Shown piece after piece: positions 27,972 to 37,653 of a DNA stretch of 64,000 bases. The stretch covers positions 1 through 64,000 of the forward strand of contig DUEK01000004.1 of assembly GCA_011192155.1 (NCBI GenBank), read 5' to 3'. Position 1 is the stretch's first letter; each line of letters begins with the position of its first letter. Origin of the DNA: Thermoflexia bacterium. Lineage in GTDB: Bacteria; Chloroflexota; Anaerolineae; B4-G1. The notes under the pieces are model-generated. The model was not told the origin of the DNA and ran no database searches. It was given only the letters and a program-made list of their open reading frames with translations. Both the position numbers and the translations under genes were made by a program.

Positions 27972-29012
27972 TTACATCGTCACGACAACGCGGTACGTAT
28001 CGGATCGCAGGGCGGCCTGCAAGCCCTCCTCTAGCTTCTCAAAGGGTAAAATCAGTGAGATGAACGGTTTGAGGTCAACCAACCCCTGGGAGATCATGCG
28101 CACGGTTTGGAGCACGTCCTCTTTGTCCTGGCTCATTGTGCCGGTCAGCACGATCTCTTTACTGTGAAAGGTGTTGGGGTCAATCGAGATCTTGTCGCCG
28201 CGCGGGTGGATGCTGGCATAGATGTGGACGCGCCCGCCCTTGGCGACCGCTTCCACAGCCTGCTCCACCGCCTGGGCCGTGCTGGCCGCGCAAAAGACCA
28301 CGTCCGCGCCGCGGCCGTTGGTTGATGCCTTCACCTGGCCGGCAAACATCTCTTGGGTGGGATCAATGACCTCATCGGCGCCCATCTCCTGGGCGAAGGC
28401 TGTTCGTTCGGGGTTAGGCTCGCTGATGATGACGCGGGCGCCGATCTGCTTGGCTAGCATCAGGTGGAACAGGCCCATGATGCCCGCCCCAACGACGACC
28501 ACATTGTCGGTTCGCTTCACACCCGCCTTGCGCACACTGCGCAGAACGCAGGCCAGTGGCTCGGCGAGGCATATCTCCTCGAACGGCGCATCGTTGTTGG
28601 CCTTGTAGAGCTGATAGTCTTCGAGCAAGATGTACTCTGCCAGCCCCGCCGGGCCGGGCACGTCCGTCTCGCGGAAGGGTTTGCGATTGTTGTCGCAGAT
28701 GTTATCCAGTCCGCGCCGGCACGATTCACAGTAGCCGCAGCGCGTCAGCGGCGAGGCCATTACCCGGTCGCCTATTTGTGTGTCCGTGTAGACCTGACGG
28801 CCCAGTTTGACCAGTTCGCCCGAGACCTCGTGCCCGCCGGCCAGGGGATAAAAGTGCTCCTCGCCGGTGTACACCCGCTGCTCCCAGGTGCATAACGCGC
28901 ACGCCTTGACTTTGACCAACGCCTGGCGGGGGCCAGGTTCAGGGATAGGGAGTTCGTCAAAGCGAATCTGTTTAGGCCCGACAAAAACCGCTCGTTTACA
29001 AGTTCCTGCCAT
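27972..29012 (-). CDS. zinc-dependent alcohol/polyol dehydrogenase (MDR family)
   Basis: Catalytic Zn (C..H..E) and structural Zn (CGYCESCRRGLDNIC) motifs, Rossmann GAGIMG. Start MAGTCK with RBS AAGGAG. The ORF-track extension to 29069 overlaps the hairpin. Confidence 0.8.
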   Translation of the reverse strand: MAGTCKRAVFVGPKQIRFDELPIPEPGPRQALVKVKACALCTWEQRVYTGEEHFYPLAGGHEVSGELVKLGRQVYTDTQIGDRVMASPLTRCGYCESCRRGLDNICDNNRKPFRETDVPGPAGLAEYILLEDYQLYKANNDAPFEEICLAEPLACVLRSVRKAGVKRTDNVVVVGAGIMGLFHLMLAKQIGARVIISEPNPERTAFAQEMGADEVIDPTQEMFAGQVKASTNGRGADVVFCAASTAQAVEQAVEAVAKGGRVHIYASIHPRGDKISIDPNTFHSKEIVLTGTMSQDKEDVLQTVRMISQGLVDLKPFISLILPFEKLEEGLQAALRSDTYRVVVTM

Positions 29013-29036
29013 TGATGACTCCTTTATTGCAAAATC

Positions 29037-29083
29037 AGAAACCAGGTTTTTCTGTAAGCGAAGCGGCAAAAACCTGGTTTCTC
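29037..29083. repeat. REP-like hairpin, family A (AGAAACCAGGTTTTT-17 nt loop-AAAAACCTGGTTTCT)
   Basis: 15-bp perfect inverted repeat. Overlaps the aldolase stop codon and sits upstream of the dehydrogenase RBS. Confidence 0.6.
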
Positions 29084-29084
29084 T

Positions 29085-29879
29085 CTACTTGAGGTACTCC
29101 AGCGCCGCGTCCACACTCGCATCCTCGTGGATAATGGCCGCGATAGCGGCCGTCATCTTGTCCGGCTCGGGATAGCGCCAGATGTTCCGACCGACCGCGA
29201 CGCCGCTGGCGCCGGCCTGCATCGACTCGTGAATCGAGTTCAGCAGATCGCGGGGGGCCTTGGACCTGCCGCCGCCCAACACGACGAGGGGCACGTACAC
29301 CTGTTCACAGATAGCGCGGAAACTCTCCACGTCGCCGCTGTAGGTGGTCTTGATGAAATCCACACCAAGTTCAGCGCCGATGCGGCAGGCGTGGCCGATA
29401 TTCTCCGGCGTCCACATTTCGGTCGGGTTCTCGAACCCACCGGGCAGCATCTCGGCCATCACGGGTACGTTCCACTCGGCGCATTGAGAGATCAAATCAG
29501 ATAGGTATGGCAGCGTCACCGACTCGTACACTGAGCCTGGCATACCCATACAACAGACAGCGTCGGCTCCAACCCGTAGCGCATCGTAGACGTCGTATAT
29601 CAACTGCATCGGCCCGCGCTCCTGGGCCAACAACGAACCGCCGCCATCGACGCGCAGGAGGATGCCCATAGCGCCGATCTCTTTGGCAAACCGCGTGACG
29701 ACGCCATAGGTCGTCAGCATACCGTCCGCGCCGCCGGCTCGAATCTTGCGGATGACCTGGCCCGGTCTCTCCAACCCTTCCATCATACCAAACACAGCCG
29801 GATGGTCCATCGCGACGATCAGCGTCTTGCCGTCCTCGCGAAAGATGTGGTTCCAACGATGGGTTTTGAGTCCGATCAT
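29085..29879 (-). CDS. class I (DhnA/archaeal-type) aldolase family protein
   Basis: 264 aa with Schiff-base lysine context DFIKTTYSG and (beta/alpha)8 pattern. Confidence 0.7.
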   Translation of the reverse strand: MIGLKTHRWNHIFREDGKTLIVAMDHPAVFGMMEGLERPGQVIRKIRAGGADGMLTTYGVVTRFAKEIGAMGILLRVDGGGSLLAQERGPMQLIYDVYDALRVGADAVCCMGMPGSVYESVTLPYLSDLISQCAEWNVPVMAEMLPGGFENPTEMWTPENIGHACRIGAELGVDFIKTTYSGDVESFRAICEQVYVPLVVLGGGRSKAPRDLLNSIHESMQAGASGVAVGRNIWRYPEPDKMTAAIAAIIHEDASVDAALEYLK

Positions 29880-29914
29880 TCTTTGTTCTCCTTTGTGCTC
29901 TGTGATGTGAAAAA

Positions 29915-29950
29915 GTGAAACGTGAAACTTGATCGCGTTTCACGTTTCAC
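29915..29950. repeat. perfect palindrome GTGAAACGTGAAAC-N8-GTTTCACGTTTCAC (family C)
   Basis: 14-bp arms, between PTS gene stop and aldolase start. Built from the same GTGAAACG/GTCAAACG heptamer-like units found at 55611..55698 and 56204..56237. Confidence 0.55.
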
Positions 29951-29969
29951 GAATCACTTGGCGCCGTTG

Positions 29970-31751
29970 CTAGAAGAGCCCGATCTCGATGGCCTCGCCT
30001 GTTTCCATATTGAGGCCAGGCCAAATGGGATAGGAACCCAACACACCAACCAGGATAATGATGATCATAATCGTCGTCGGCGACACGTTCTTTTTGGCGA
30101 CCAGCCACCAGATGAGCAGTACCAACAGCAACGGCAGCAGATTGGGCATAAAGCTATCTATGATCGACTGAATCTGGAACGGAGTACCGCCAATCATAAA
30201 GGCCACCGAAGTCGAGAGACTAACGAACTGTACGACCAGCGCGCCCATGATAAAATTGCCCAGCACGCCCGCGCCGGTAATGACGCGGTTCAGCGTGCCG
30301 CTCCTCAGGATATTGGTGACAGCTGCGCGTCCCTGCTTGTACCCCTGCCACCAGATGAACCAACCGCCGCCCCAGATACCGGCCGCCATCAAAACGATAA
30401 AGACGATGGGACCGAGAATGCTGCCGCTGGTCGCCTGGGCGATATTCCCGCCCAGCGCGATGCTCATACCGATGGAGAGCGCGATGGGGATCAGGATACC
30501 CTGCTGAAGTGTGTCGCCGATACCCGCCATCGGCCCCATCAGACCGGTCTTTACTGCGTTGATGGCGTCATCGCTGATGTCGGCTCCGGCCGCGCGCTCC
30601 TCTTCCATCGCAATGACAATACCGTGAATCACACCACCCGCGTCCGGCTGCGTGTTGAAGAAAACCATGTGGCGCTTGAGCGCGGCGCTGATATCTTCCT
30701 TGCTCTTGTACAATTTCTTGATGATGGGCGTCATACTGTGCATAAATCCCATGCCCTGCATACGCTCCCAGTTGTAGGTCGAGTGGGAGAAGAATAGCCA
30801 GCGCACAAAGGCCCGGAAGACGTCATTTTGCGTGAGCAGGCCGGGCGCTTTACGTTCCTCGGCGCCCTCGATCACTCCTTCGCTGCCAAACCCTTCAGTG
30901 AACAGCACGTGGACGTATGCCATGCAGGCGCCGATAATGGCCATCACCAGTAGATTGGCGCTCCCACTCATCATTGAGGTGACGAGAAAGCCCACGAAAA
31001 AGTAGGGCCAGACGTTGCCCTGGAACAGGAATTTGAGGTTGAGCGCGATACCCAAAGCCGCGAGCATGCCGCTGGCAGCATATAGCCCGCTCATCACCCA
31101 GATAGCGTTCGCGTCAATCCATTCCAGCGCTTCGGCGACTGCGGTGGAACCCAGATAAGCGGCAATCATCACTGGCACTGCATAGATCAGGAACAGGAAA
31201 GGCTGGGAGTAGATATAGTTACTGCGTGCCGCTTTCTCAATATTCCCTTCCTCAGCAAACTTGTCCGCCCAGTGGGGGATGATGGAGCACGTAGACATAC
31301 GCAGCGACCAAGCCAGGCTACCCAGCAATCCCAGCGGCGCAGCCACTGCCAACGCTGCGTCTGCGCCCAAACCGCCGCCCAGCGCCAGTGCCGTGCCCAG
31401 GTAACCTGCCAGTCCAGGGTCACCGGGCAGCGAGCCGCCCGCCGAGATCCATCCCAGGTAGAGCACGTTGATGTTGGCGCCAATGGCGACCCCTTCACCG
31501 GGCCGTCCCATCACGATGCCGACCAGCGCGCCGGCGACCAACGGGCGGTAGAGCGCAGTAAAACCGAGGTTGGCGAACCAGGGCGACATGGAAAAGTAGT
31601 ACAGAATGCCGATGATGAGGGCCATCACGAGATTCATGCGCATCGGCTCCTCTTGCGTCACTGGCGCAGCCTCGACCACGACGACGCTCGCCGCCATCAA
31701 CAACATACTAACAGCCATAGCTATGCCGATTTGCTTCTTATTCACTTTCAT
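29970..31751 (-). CDS. PTS mannose/fructose/sorbose-family permease, fused IIC-IID
   Basis: 593 aa. N-terminal half resembles EIIC(Man). C-terminal half contains the EIID hallmark VFFNTQP. RBS AAGGAGAAG. No EIIA/EIIB/HPr/EI in window. Confidence 0.6.
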   Translation of the reverse strand: MKVNKKQIGIAMAVSMLLMAASVVVVEAAPVTQEEPMRMNLVMALIIGILYYFSMSPWFANLGFTALYRPLVAGALVGIVMGRPGEGVAIGANINVLYLGWISAGGSLPGDPGLAGYLGTALALGGGLGADAALAVAAPLGLLGSLAWSLRMSTCSIIPHWADKFAEEGNIEKAARSNYIYSQPFLFLIYAVPVMIAAYLGSTAVAEALEWIDANAIWVMSGLYAASGMLAALGIALNLKFLFQGNVWPYFFVGFLVTSMMSGSANLLVMAIIGACMAYVHVLFTEGFGSEGVIEGAEERKAPGLLTQNDVFRAFVRWLFFSHSTYNWERMQGMGFMHSMTPIIKKLYKSKEDISAALKRHMVFFNTQPDAGGVIHGIVIAMEEERAAGADISDDAINAVKTGLMGPMAGIGDTLQQGILIPIALSIGMSIALGGNIAQATSGSILGPIVFIVLMAAGIWGGGWFIWWQGYKQGRAAVTNILRSGTLNRVITGAGVLGNFIMGALVVQFVSLSTSVAFMIGGTPFQIQSIIDSFMPNLLPLLLVLLIWWLVAKKNVSPTTIMIIIILVGVLGSYPIWPGLNMETGEAIEIGLF

Positions 31752-31763
31752 TACGGCTTCTCC

Positions 31764-31916
31764 TTGCGACTGGAGTCTGGCAAATTTTCAGAATGCCCAC
31801 ATCTTGGGGTAGGCAACAATAAAGGCGCTAGATATGGGGGTTCGTAGTAGCGGCTTTAGCCGCTTTTGAGCCTTTTGGACGGCTGAAGCCGTCACTACGA
31901 ACAAAAACGCCAGACT
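31764..31916 (-). promoter_or_regulatory. about 150-nt structured 5' leader of the PTS gene (nested inverted repeats)
   Basis: Outer inverted repeat GACTGGAGTCTGGC (31764..31777) / GCCAGACTCCAGTC (31903..31916), the former abutting the RBS. Inner imperfect inverted pair TTCGTAGTAGCGGCTTTAGC / GCTGAAGCCGTCACTACGAA. Confidence 0.35.
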
Positions 31917-32009
31917 CCAGTCACTTAAACTAGCTTGCAATTTTTTTCATCTCTGGTAAACTTTTACCCTGCCGCCGTTGGGCGGCGTCTTTGCGGCAAG
32001 TGAAAGGGC

Positions 32010-33575
32010 ATGGTAATGAAACGATTGCAGCATTGGTCGCTTTTGGCTAGGGTGTGCGCGTTGTGCGTCATTGCCGCCTGCGCGCGCCCCGCGCCTGAAC
32101 AAGAGCTTGAAGTTGTCGAGCAACCGGACTCTTCCACGTCACTTTCCCCTGTGCCTACGCCTACGGTAGTTCTTTCCCCCGCCTACCCCGGCGCATACAC
32201 GGGCACGCCCACGCCCAATCCACCGCCTGCCGGCAATCCCAACGGCGAGGGTGTGGAATCATACGTCGTGCAGCCGGGTGAGACGTTGAGCCTGATCGCG
32301 GCTGTGTTTGGCTGCACCGTCGAGGAGATCGCCGCTGCCAGTGGTTTATCCGATGCGAACAGCATCGGCGCCGGTCAGGCGCTCTACATCCCCACCGCCG
32401 CCACCGAGACCGGTCCATACCTCAAGCTGATTCCCGATAGTGAACTGGTCTATGGCCCGGCCTACATCTACTTTGACCTGGCGGGTTTTGTGGCCGAACA
32501 GGATGGCTACCTGGCGGGCTACAGCGAGCAGGTCGAGGGCCGCACTCTCAGCGGCGCAGAGATCGTGCAGCTCGTCTCTCAGCGCTTTAGCGTGGGGCCG
32601 AGGGTGTTGCTGACGCTGCTGGAGCTGCGCTCTGGATGGGTCACGCAGCCCCAGCCGGCCGAAGAGACACTCACCTTCCCGCTGGGCTATGTCCAATCGT
32701 ACCACGAAGGACTGTTCCAGCAGCTAAGTTGGGCGGCGGTGCGGCTCAACGAGGGATACTATGGCTGGAAGCAGGGCGACCGCGCGACGGCGCGCGTGCG
32801 CACAATGCGCGTGAGCAACGGAATCCGCGCCTCGTTCGCGCCGGGGCTTAATCCGGGCAGCGCCGGCGTGCAGAACTGTCTGGCCGAACTCTCCGCCACT
32901 TGGGACGAATGGCTGACGCTGATCGGCCGCGATGGTTTTGCGGCTACCTACGAGCGGTTTTTCGGCAATCCCTTCGCTTATGCGGTGGAACCGTTGCTGC
33001 CGCCCGATTTGGCGCAGCCAGAGTTGCATTTGCCGTGGGAGGCCGGGTATACGTGGTATTTCACCGGCGGCCCGCACGGAGGCTGGGGAAACGGCAGTGG
33101 CCGCGCCGCGCTCGACTTTGTACCGGGTGACAAGATACCGGATTGCACACTCTCGAAAGAGTGGGTGGTTGCCGCCGCGCCGGGGCTGGTCTTGCGCAGC
33201 AATTATGGGGAGGTGCTCGTGGACCTGGACAGTGATGGTTTTGAGCAGAGCGGCTGGGTGTTGCTCTATATGCACGTCAATGCCCATGACCGTGTGGCAG
33301 TGGGCGCGGCGCTACAGCGCGGCCAGCGCATCGGGCATCCTTCCTGCGAGGGCGGCTACGCCGAAGCGACGCACCTCCACTTTGCCCGCCGCTACAATGG
33401 CGAGTGGATCCCCGCCGGCAGCGGCCTGGCACCGATGGTGCTTTCTGGCTGGACGGCCCACGAGGACGTGATGCCCTACGACGGCGCGGTGACGCGCGGC
33501 GACGAGGTGCGCGAGGCCTGCGAGTGTTGGAACGAGGAAATCAACGGCCTGGTTTCAGATAACGCCAGACCTTGA
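32010..33575 (+). CDS. LysM + M23-family metalloendopeptidase lipoprotein
   Basis: Lipobox VIAAC, Pro/Thr-rich linker, LysM (YVVQPGETLSLIAAVFG...), C-terminal M23 motifs (HGGWGNG...D, HLHFA). Confidence 0.8.
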   Translation: MVMKRLQHWSLLARVCALCVIAACARPAPEQELEVVEQPDSSTSLSPVPTPTVVLSPAYPGAYTGTPTPNPPPAGNPNGEGVESYVVQPGETLSLIAAVFGCTVEEIAAASGLSDANSIGAGQALYIPTAATETGPYLKLIPDSELVYGPAYIYFDLAGFVAEQDGYLAGYSEQVEGRTLSGAEIVQLVSQRFSVGPRVLLTLLELRSGWVTQPQPAEETLTFPLGYVQSYHEGLFQQLSWAAVRLNEGYYGWKQGDRATARVRTMRVSNGIRASFAPGLNPGSAGVQNCLAELSATWDEWLTLIGRDGFAATYERFFGNPFAYAVEPLLPPDLAQPELHLPWEAGYTWYFTGGPHGGWGNGSGRAALDFVPGDKIPDCTLSKEWVVAAAPGLVLRSNYGEVLVDLDSDGFEQSGWVLLYMHVNAHDRVAVGAALQRGQRIGHPSCEGGYAEATHLHFARRYNGEWIPAGSGLAPMVLSGWTAHEDVMPYDGAVTRGDEVREACECWNEEINGLVSDNARP

Positions 33576-33599
33576 AGGTTTCAGAAAACCCTCAAGGTC
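33568..33599. repeat. REP-like hairpin, family B (GACCTTGAAGGTTT-CAGA-AAACCCTCAAGGTC)
   Basis: Overlaps the stop of the + strand M23 gene and lies 0-18 nt from the stop of the convergent minus-strand gene. Bidirectional terminator-like. Confidence 0.55.
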
Positions 33600-34918
33600 T
33601 TTATCCGCGAGACAAAGTCGGCCAGAGAAAATTCGTAGCGGTCGGCAAAGTTGTCGGTAGGCAGGGATAGGGTGAGGGTCAGGTCTTGCAGGTCGTAGAC
33701 GATGGTCCATTGCGTGGAGGTGTGAACCGCGGCCATCACTTCCATCATTTCCTCGGTATCTATCTGTCCGTCTCCATCTTCCAGCGCGCCGACGGCGGTC
33801 TGGTAGCGTGGGCAATCGGGTTGGTCGGCGGGGCCGGCCCAATGGCTGTTGGTCATCACCTGATAGGCGGTATCCGCGCGGCTGACCACCACTCCCTCGG
33901 CCAGGAATTCTACGACGGCGGATGCGCCGCTGCGATCGGCCAGCAGGACGTGGGTGCCGAACTGAGGGCTGAAGGCAAAAGGAATTTCCTGTAGCAAACT
34001 GATCGCTTCTTCTACATCGGCGCAAGTTTCCAAAAGGATGTGATAGACTTGCAGGTCTATCAGCGCCGGATGCGTACCGGTCGGATAGCCGGCCGCGTCT
34101 ACTGCGGCGACGCCGAGCGCCAGTCCCTGGTCATTCATTCCATCAAAAGCGGTAAAGTTGGGCGCGCCGACGGTCATGACGACGTTGGGGTAGGCGTCCT
34201 CTGGGTAGGCAAAGACGAGCGTTGTTTGGGGCATACTGCTGTTCCAATCGTTGTTGCGACCCAGACGGGCGTGGCCGTCGGCCGTCATCTCTGGCCGGGC
34301 AAAGGCAACGCTGCAAAAGGGGTTATACACCACGCCCGGCAGCAAAAAGCTCCACCAATCATCCCAGACCGGGATGCCCTCGCTCACGTCATCCAGGTTC
34401 AGGTCGTAAGCGGCATAGATACCGCGCATTTGTTCGACTGTACCTGTATGAACCTCTGTGTACAAGTCGAGCATCGCGTGGGCGGTTTCTTGTTCGTCGG
34501 CGGTGAGCGGGCGGGGGGAGAATCGCTGCTCCTGGTACCATTCGCCAAAGGCTTGGCCGATTTCCTCATAGGTTCCAGCCACCTCGATTTTCTCCAGCGG
34601 ATAGCTCGAGACGATTTTCTCGGTCGTCCAGTAAGCGCCAGCGATGGGGGTGGGAGTAGGTTCTGGCGTGGGAGTGGCGGTGGGGATCTCGGTGGGCGTC
34701 GGTGTGGGCACGTTTGTCGATGTGGGGAGCACTGTGGCGAGGGCGGCATGGGTTGCTGGAGGAAAGGGGTTAAAGGGCAGGCGCGGGTTGATGGCAATGG
34801 TGAGGTAACAGCAACTCAAGGCAGCGGTGGCGACAAGGGTGAGGATGGTGAGGATGTTGGGGAGCGAGGGCTTACCTTGTTCTTGCTGAGAGAGGGTCTC
34901 TTTTAATTTGGATAACAT
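33581..34918 (-). CDS. secreted Ntn-hydrolase-like protein (C45 / choloylglycine-hydrolase-like fold, tentative)
   Basis: 445 aa. Signal/TM, Pro/Thr-rich linker. NPFCSVAFA putative self-processing Cys and GRNNDW motif. Confidence 0.4.
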   Translation of the reverse strand: MLSKLKETLSQQEQGKPSLPNILTILTLVATAALSCCYLTIAINPRLPFNPFPPATHAALATVLPTSTNVPTPTPTEIPTATPTPEPTPTPIAGAYWTTEKIVSSYPLEKIEVAGTYEEIGQAFGEWYQEQRFSPRPLTADEQETAHAMLDLYTEVHTGTVEQMRGIYAAYDLNLDDVSEGIPVWDDWWSFLLPGVVYNPFCSVAFARPEMTADGHARLGRNNDWNSSMPQTTLVFAYPEDAYPNVVMTVGAPNFTAFDGMNDQGLALGVAAVDAAGYPTGTHPALIDLQVYHILLETCADVEEAISLLQEIPFAFSPQFGTHVLLADRSGASAVVEFLAEGVVVSRADTAYQVMTNSHWAGPADQPDCPRYQTAVGALEDGDGQIDTEEMMEVMAAVHTSTQWTIVYDLQDLTLTLSLPTDNFADRYEFSLADFVSRIKTLRVF

Positions 34919-34919
34919 T

Positions 34920-35576
34920 TTACTTTCCTGTCTGGTGGACGGGCAGTGGGCCGTCCATTAGCTCAACCGCCTGGCGCACGCTCTTTACGTCAGGATTGCG
35001 CAGGGCGTGGGGTGGAGCGGCGCGGTCGTCGGTCATGATGGCGACTGTCCCGCTGTGGCAGGGTATGGCCATATCCACTATGTACTTGACGCCCCGCTCG
35101 CGCAGAGAGTACTCGCGCTCGGGGTAGAACCCGGCCTCTTTGAGGGTGACGTACAGTCCGTCGGCGCCGGAAGCATAGAGGTCGTTGACTTCCTCGGCAG
35201 CGGTGAAGCGGTCCCAGGAAGTTTCGATAAAAGTCACCCTCCTCCAACGCAGGCTGGGGATGGGTTGTTCCAGTTGCATCAGCGGCCCTACCTGGAGTTT
35301 GTAGTACATCTCGTCGGCGCGGGGATGAGATGCTTCATCGGGGAACAGGTCGCGGCGGTAGGCTAACTCGTGGCCGCGCATGGCCCCATAGTAGCGGACT
35401 GACCATTTCTCATCGCCAAAGGCCTTGGTAAAGTAAAAGGCCAGCACGACAGCCTCAATGGTGCTCTGGGGGGCGTGTTTTTTGGGGATGCGGTACCAGC
35501 CCTCTTCCTGCGCGATCTTGAAATCGCGCCGGTTGTTCATTATGGCGACCAGGACGCGGTCGGATGCGTGGAACAT
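34920..35576 (-). CDS. hypothetical protein
   Basis: 218 aa from MFHASDRV with RBS GAGGAAACGAC. No confident family. Confidence 0.5.
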   Translation of the reverse strand: MFHASDRVLVAIMNNRRDFKIAQEEGWYRIPKKHAPQSTIEAVVLAFYFTKAFGDEKWSVRYYGAMRGHELAYRRDLFPDEASHPRADEMYYKLQVGPLMQLEQPIPSLRWRRVTFIETSWDRFTAAEEVNDLYASGADGLYVTLKEAGFYPEREYSLRERGVKYIVDMAIPCHSGTVAIMTDDRAAPPHALRNPDVKSVRQAVELMDGPLPVHQTGK

Positions 35577-35708
35577 GTCGTTTCCTCGATGTTTTTTATC
35601 ATTATGCCCGAACAAGCTCGGGACTCTGATACATTTTATTATAGTCCAACCCCAATAGTTACACAAATACCTCTCTCCCGCTGCCTCAACAGAAGAACCT
35701 GCCAGCTA

Positions 35709-36824
35709 TCAGCCGCTTTGGGAAAGGTGCTGCAGGCGGGCGGCGCACACGCGCGCGGGGAGCACGCGCACGCCCAGCCCCGGCCCGGTGGGCACAGAGA
35801 GCGTCGAATCCTCGTTGAGCGTAAAGTTTGGTTCAGCGACATCTTTGCCCTCGGGGTAGTAACGGATCGAAGCGGAGATGTCGCCGGGCAGGGCAAAGTT
35901 GGGCAGCGCGGCCACGGCTACGTTGGCCGCCCGCCCCACGTTCGTCTCCAACATGCCGCCGCACCAGACCGGTACGCCTCGCTCCACACCCAGGTCGTGT
36001 ATCTGCCTGGCGGCGGTCAGGCCGCCCACGCGCCCTACCTTGATGTTGATGATGCGGCAGGCCCCGATATCCAGCGCCCAGCGGGCGTGCTCCGGCGAGT
36101 GGATGCTCTCATCCAAGCATACGGGCGTGCGGAGTTGGGCTTGCAACTTGGCATGGTCCACGATGTCGTCGTGGTGAAACGGCTGCTCAATGAGCAGCAG
36201 ATCGAACTGATCCAGCTCGCGCAGAGTAGGGGCGTCGGCCAGGGTGTAGGCGCAGTTGGCATCCACTTGCAGCGGCAGGTCGGGCCAGCGCTCACGCACA
36301 GCACGCACCACATCCACATCCCAGCCCGGCTTGATCTTGAGCTTGATGCGCCCGTACCCCTCGTTCACGTGCTGCGCCACCCGCGCGAGCAGTTGGTCGA
36401 GCGTCGGCTCAATGCCCACGCTCACGCCAACCCTCACCCGCTCCGCCTGCCCTCCCAACATCTCGGACAGGGATACACCTTGCGCCTGCGCCAACAAGTC
36501 CCACACCGCATTCTCCAGCGCGGCTCGCGCCATCGGGTGGCCTTTTACCGGGCGGAAGCGGGCCACTACATCGGCGGGCGAGGTCACCTCCTGCCCCAGC
36601 ACAGCCGGGATGAGGAAATCATGCAGCACGTGCCAGGCAGTCTCGATAGTTTCATACGAGTACCACGGCCCGTCGCCGGCCACGCACTCGCCCCAGCCGG
36701 CAAGCCCCTCCGCGTGGACAGTCACCAGGATGCAGGGGCGGTTGACCTCGCGCCCAAAGCTGGTCTCGAATGGGTGCGCCAGCGGTAGTTCGATATGATG
36801 TAGTTCGATGCGTTCAATTTTCAT
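35709..36824 (-). CDS. enolase-superfamily MR/MLE-subgroup enzyme (N-succinylamino acid racemase / dipeptide epimerase-like)
   Basis: KxK (KLKIKPGW), metal ligands D (QVDAN), E (IEQP), D (LDES). C-terminal barrel residues. Confidence 0.8.
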   Translation of the reverse strand: MKIERIELHHIELPLAHPFETSFGREVNRPCILVTVHAEGLAGWGECVAGDGPWYSYETIETAWHVLHDFLIPAVLGQEVTSPADVVARFRPVKGHPMARAALENAVWDLLAQAQGVSLSEMLGGQAERVRVGVSVGIEPTLDQLLARVAQHVNEGYGRIKLKIKPGWDVDVVRAVRERWPDLPLQVDANCAYTLADAPTLRELDQFDLLLIEQPFHHDDIVDHAKLQAQLRTPVCLDESIHSPEHARWALDIGACRIINIKVGRVGGLTAARQIHDLGVERGVPVWCGGMLETNVGRAANVAVAALPNFALPGDISASIRYYPEGKDVAEPNFTLNEDSTLSVPTGPGLGVRVLPARVCAARLQHLSQSG

Positions 36825-37653
36825 TTTGGTTCTCCTTTCTCAACAAGTAATAGCTCTGATTGTTTTCGAACAATAGATCAACTATGGTATACCCGGCGTC
36901 AAAGACAGCCTCGAACAACTCACAGGTGTGCGTCCGCCAGTCACAAGCCAGTTTCAGGTCAGCCGATTTGATACTCTGGAAATGAGCCGGTATCTGGACA
37001 AGTATTCGATCTCCCTCAATGGGGAGAACTTGGCGCGGCGGTTCGCCGGAGAGGGCGGGGTTCAGGATAGCGACGCCCTCGGCCCGCAGCGCGGCGAGCA
37101 CAGGCCCAACCCAATCGCCGCGCAGGCGTTCGGCGACGTGCGCGCTGCTGATGCGCCAATCCACCTGGAAGCGGTCGCTGGGCAGCCCGGCGTTGAGTTC
37201 GCCCAGCCTGTCGCCGTACACGTCTCGCAGATAGGTGTTGCACGTCACGCCCAGCTTGCGAAAGTTGAGCCGCGCGTTCCGGCTCTCCAGGGGGTCAAAC
37301 GTCCACCTGATGTGGTCTATTCCCTGGGCCAGCACGCACTCCCGTTGGGCCAGCTTGAGCTGGTAGCCCAGGTTCTGATTCTGGTAGGCGGGCAACACGC
37401 CGGCCATATCAGACCAGTGTTTCACCTGGCCCTCTGCGGTCAGTTGAACGAGACCAAAGAGAAAGCCAACGAGCCGCTCTTGTCCCGGCGCGATGTCGAA
37501 CGCGCCCAGCACTAGCCCACCGCTCTTTTGAATGGAAAACAACATGTGGTCGGGCACGATCTTGACGTCCTCGAAATGCCACACCTGGCGTTGGATCTGC
37601 TCTACAGCCTGGTATTCTTTGATAGTTTTGAGGGGGCGAATCTCAATGTTCAT
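36814..37653 (-). CDS. GNAT-fold acyltransferase-like protein with about 100-aa C-terminal extension (paralog 1)
   Basis: 279 aa. Acyl-CoA-binding-like segment (YQNQNLGYQLKLAQ) and FDPLESRNARLNFRKLG. 57% identical to the adjacent paralog. Confidence 0.5.
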   Translation of the reverse strand: MNIEIRPLKTIKEYQAVEQIQRQVWHFEDVKIVPDHMLFSIQKSGGLVLGAFDIAPGQERLVGFLFGLVQLTAEGQVKHWSDMAGVLPAYQNQNLGYQLKLAQRECVLAQGIDHIRWTFDPLESRNARLNFRKLGVTCNTYLRDVYGDRLGELNAGLPSDRFQVDWRISSAHVAERLRGDWVGPVLAALRAEGVAILNPALSGEPPRQVLPIEGDRILVQIPAHFQSIKSADLKLACDWRTHTCELFEAVFDAGYTIVDLLFENNQSYYLLRKENQNEN

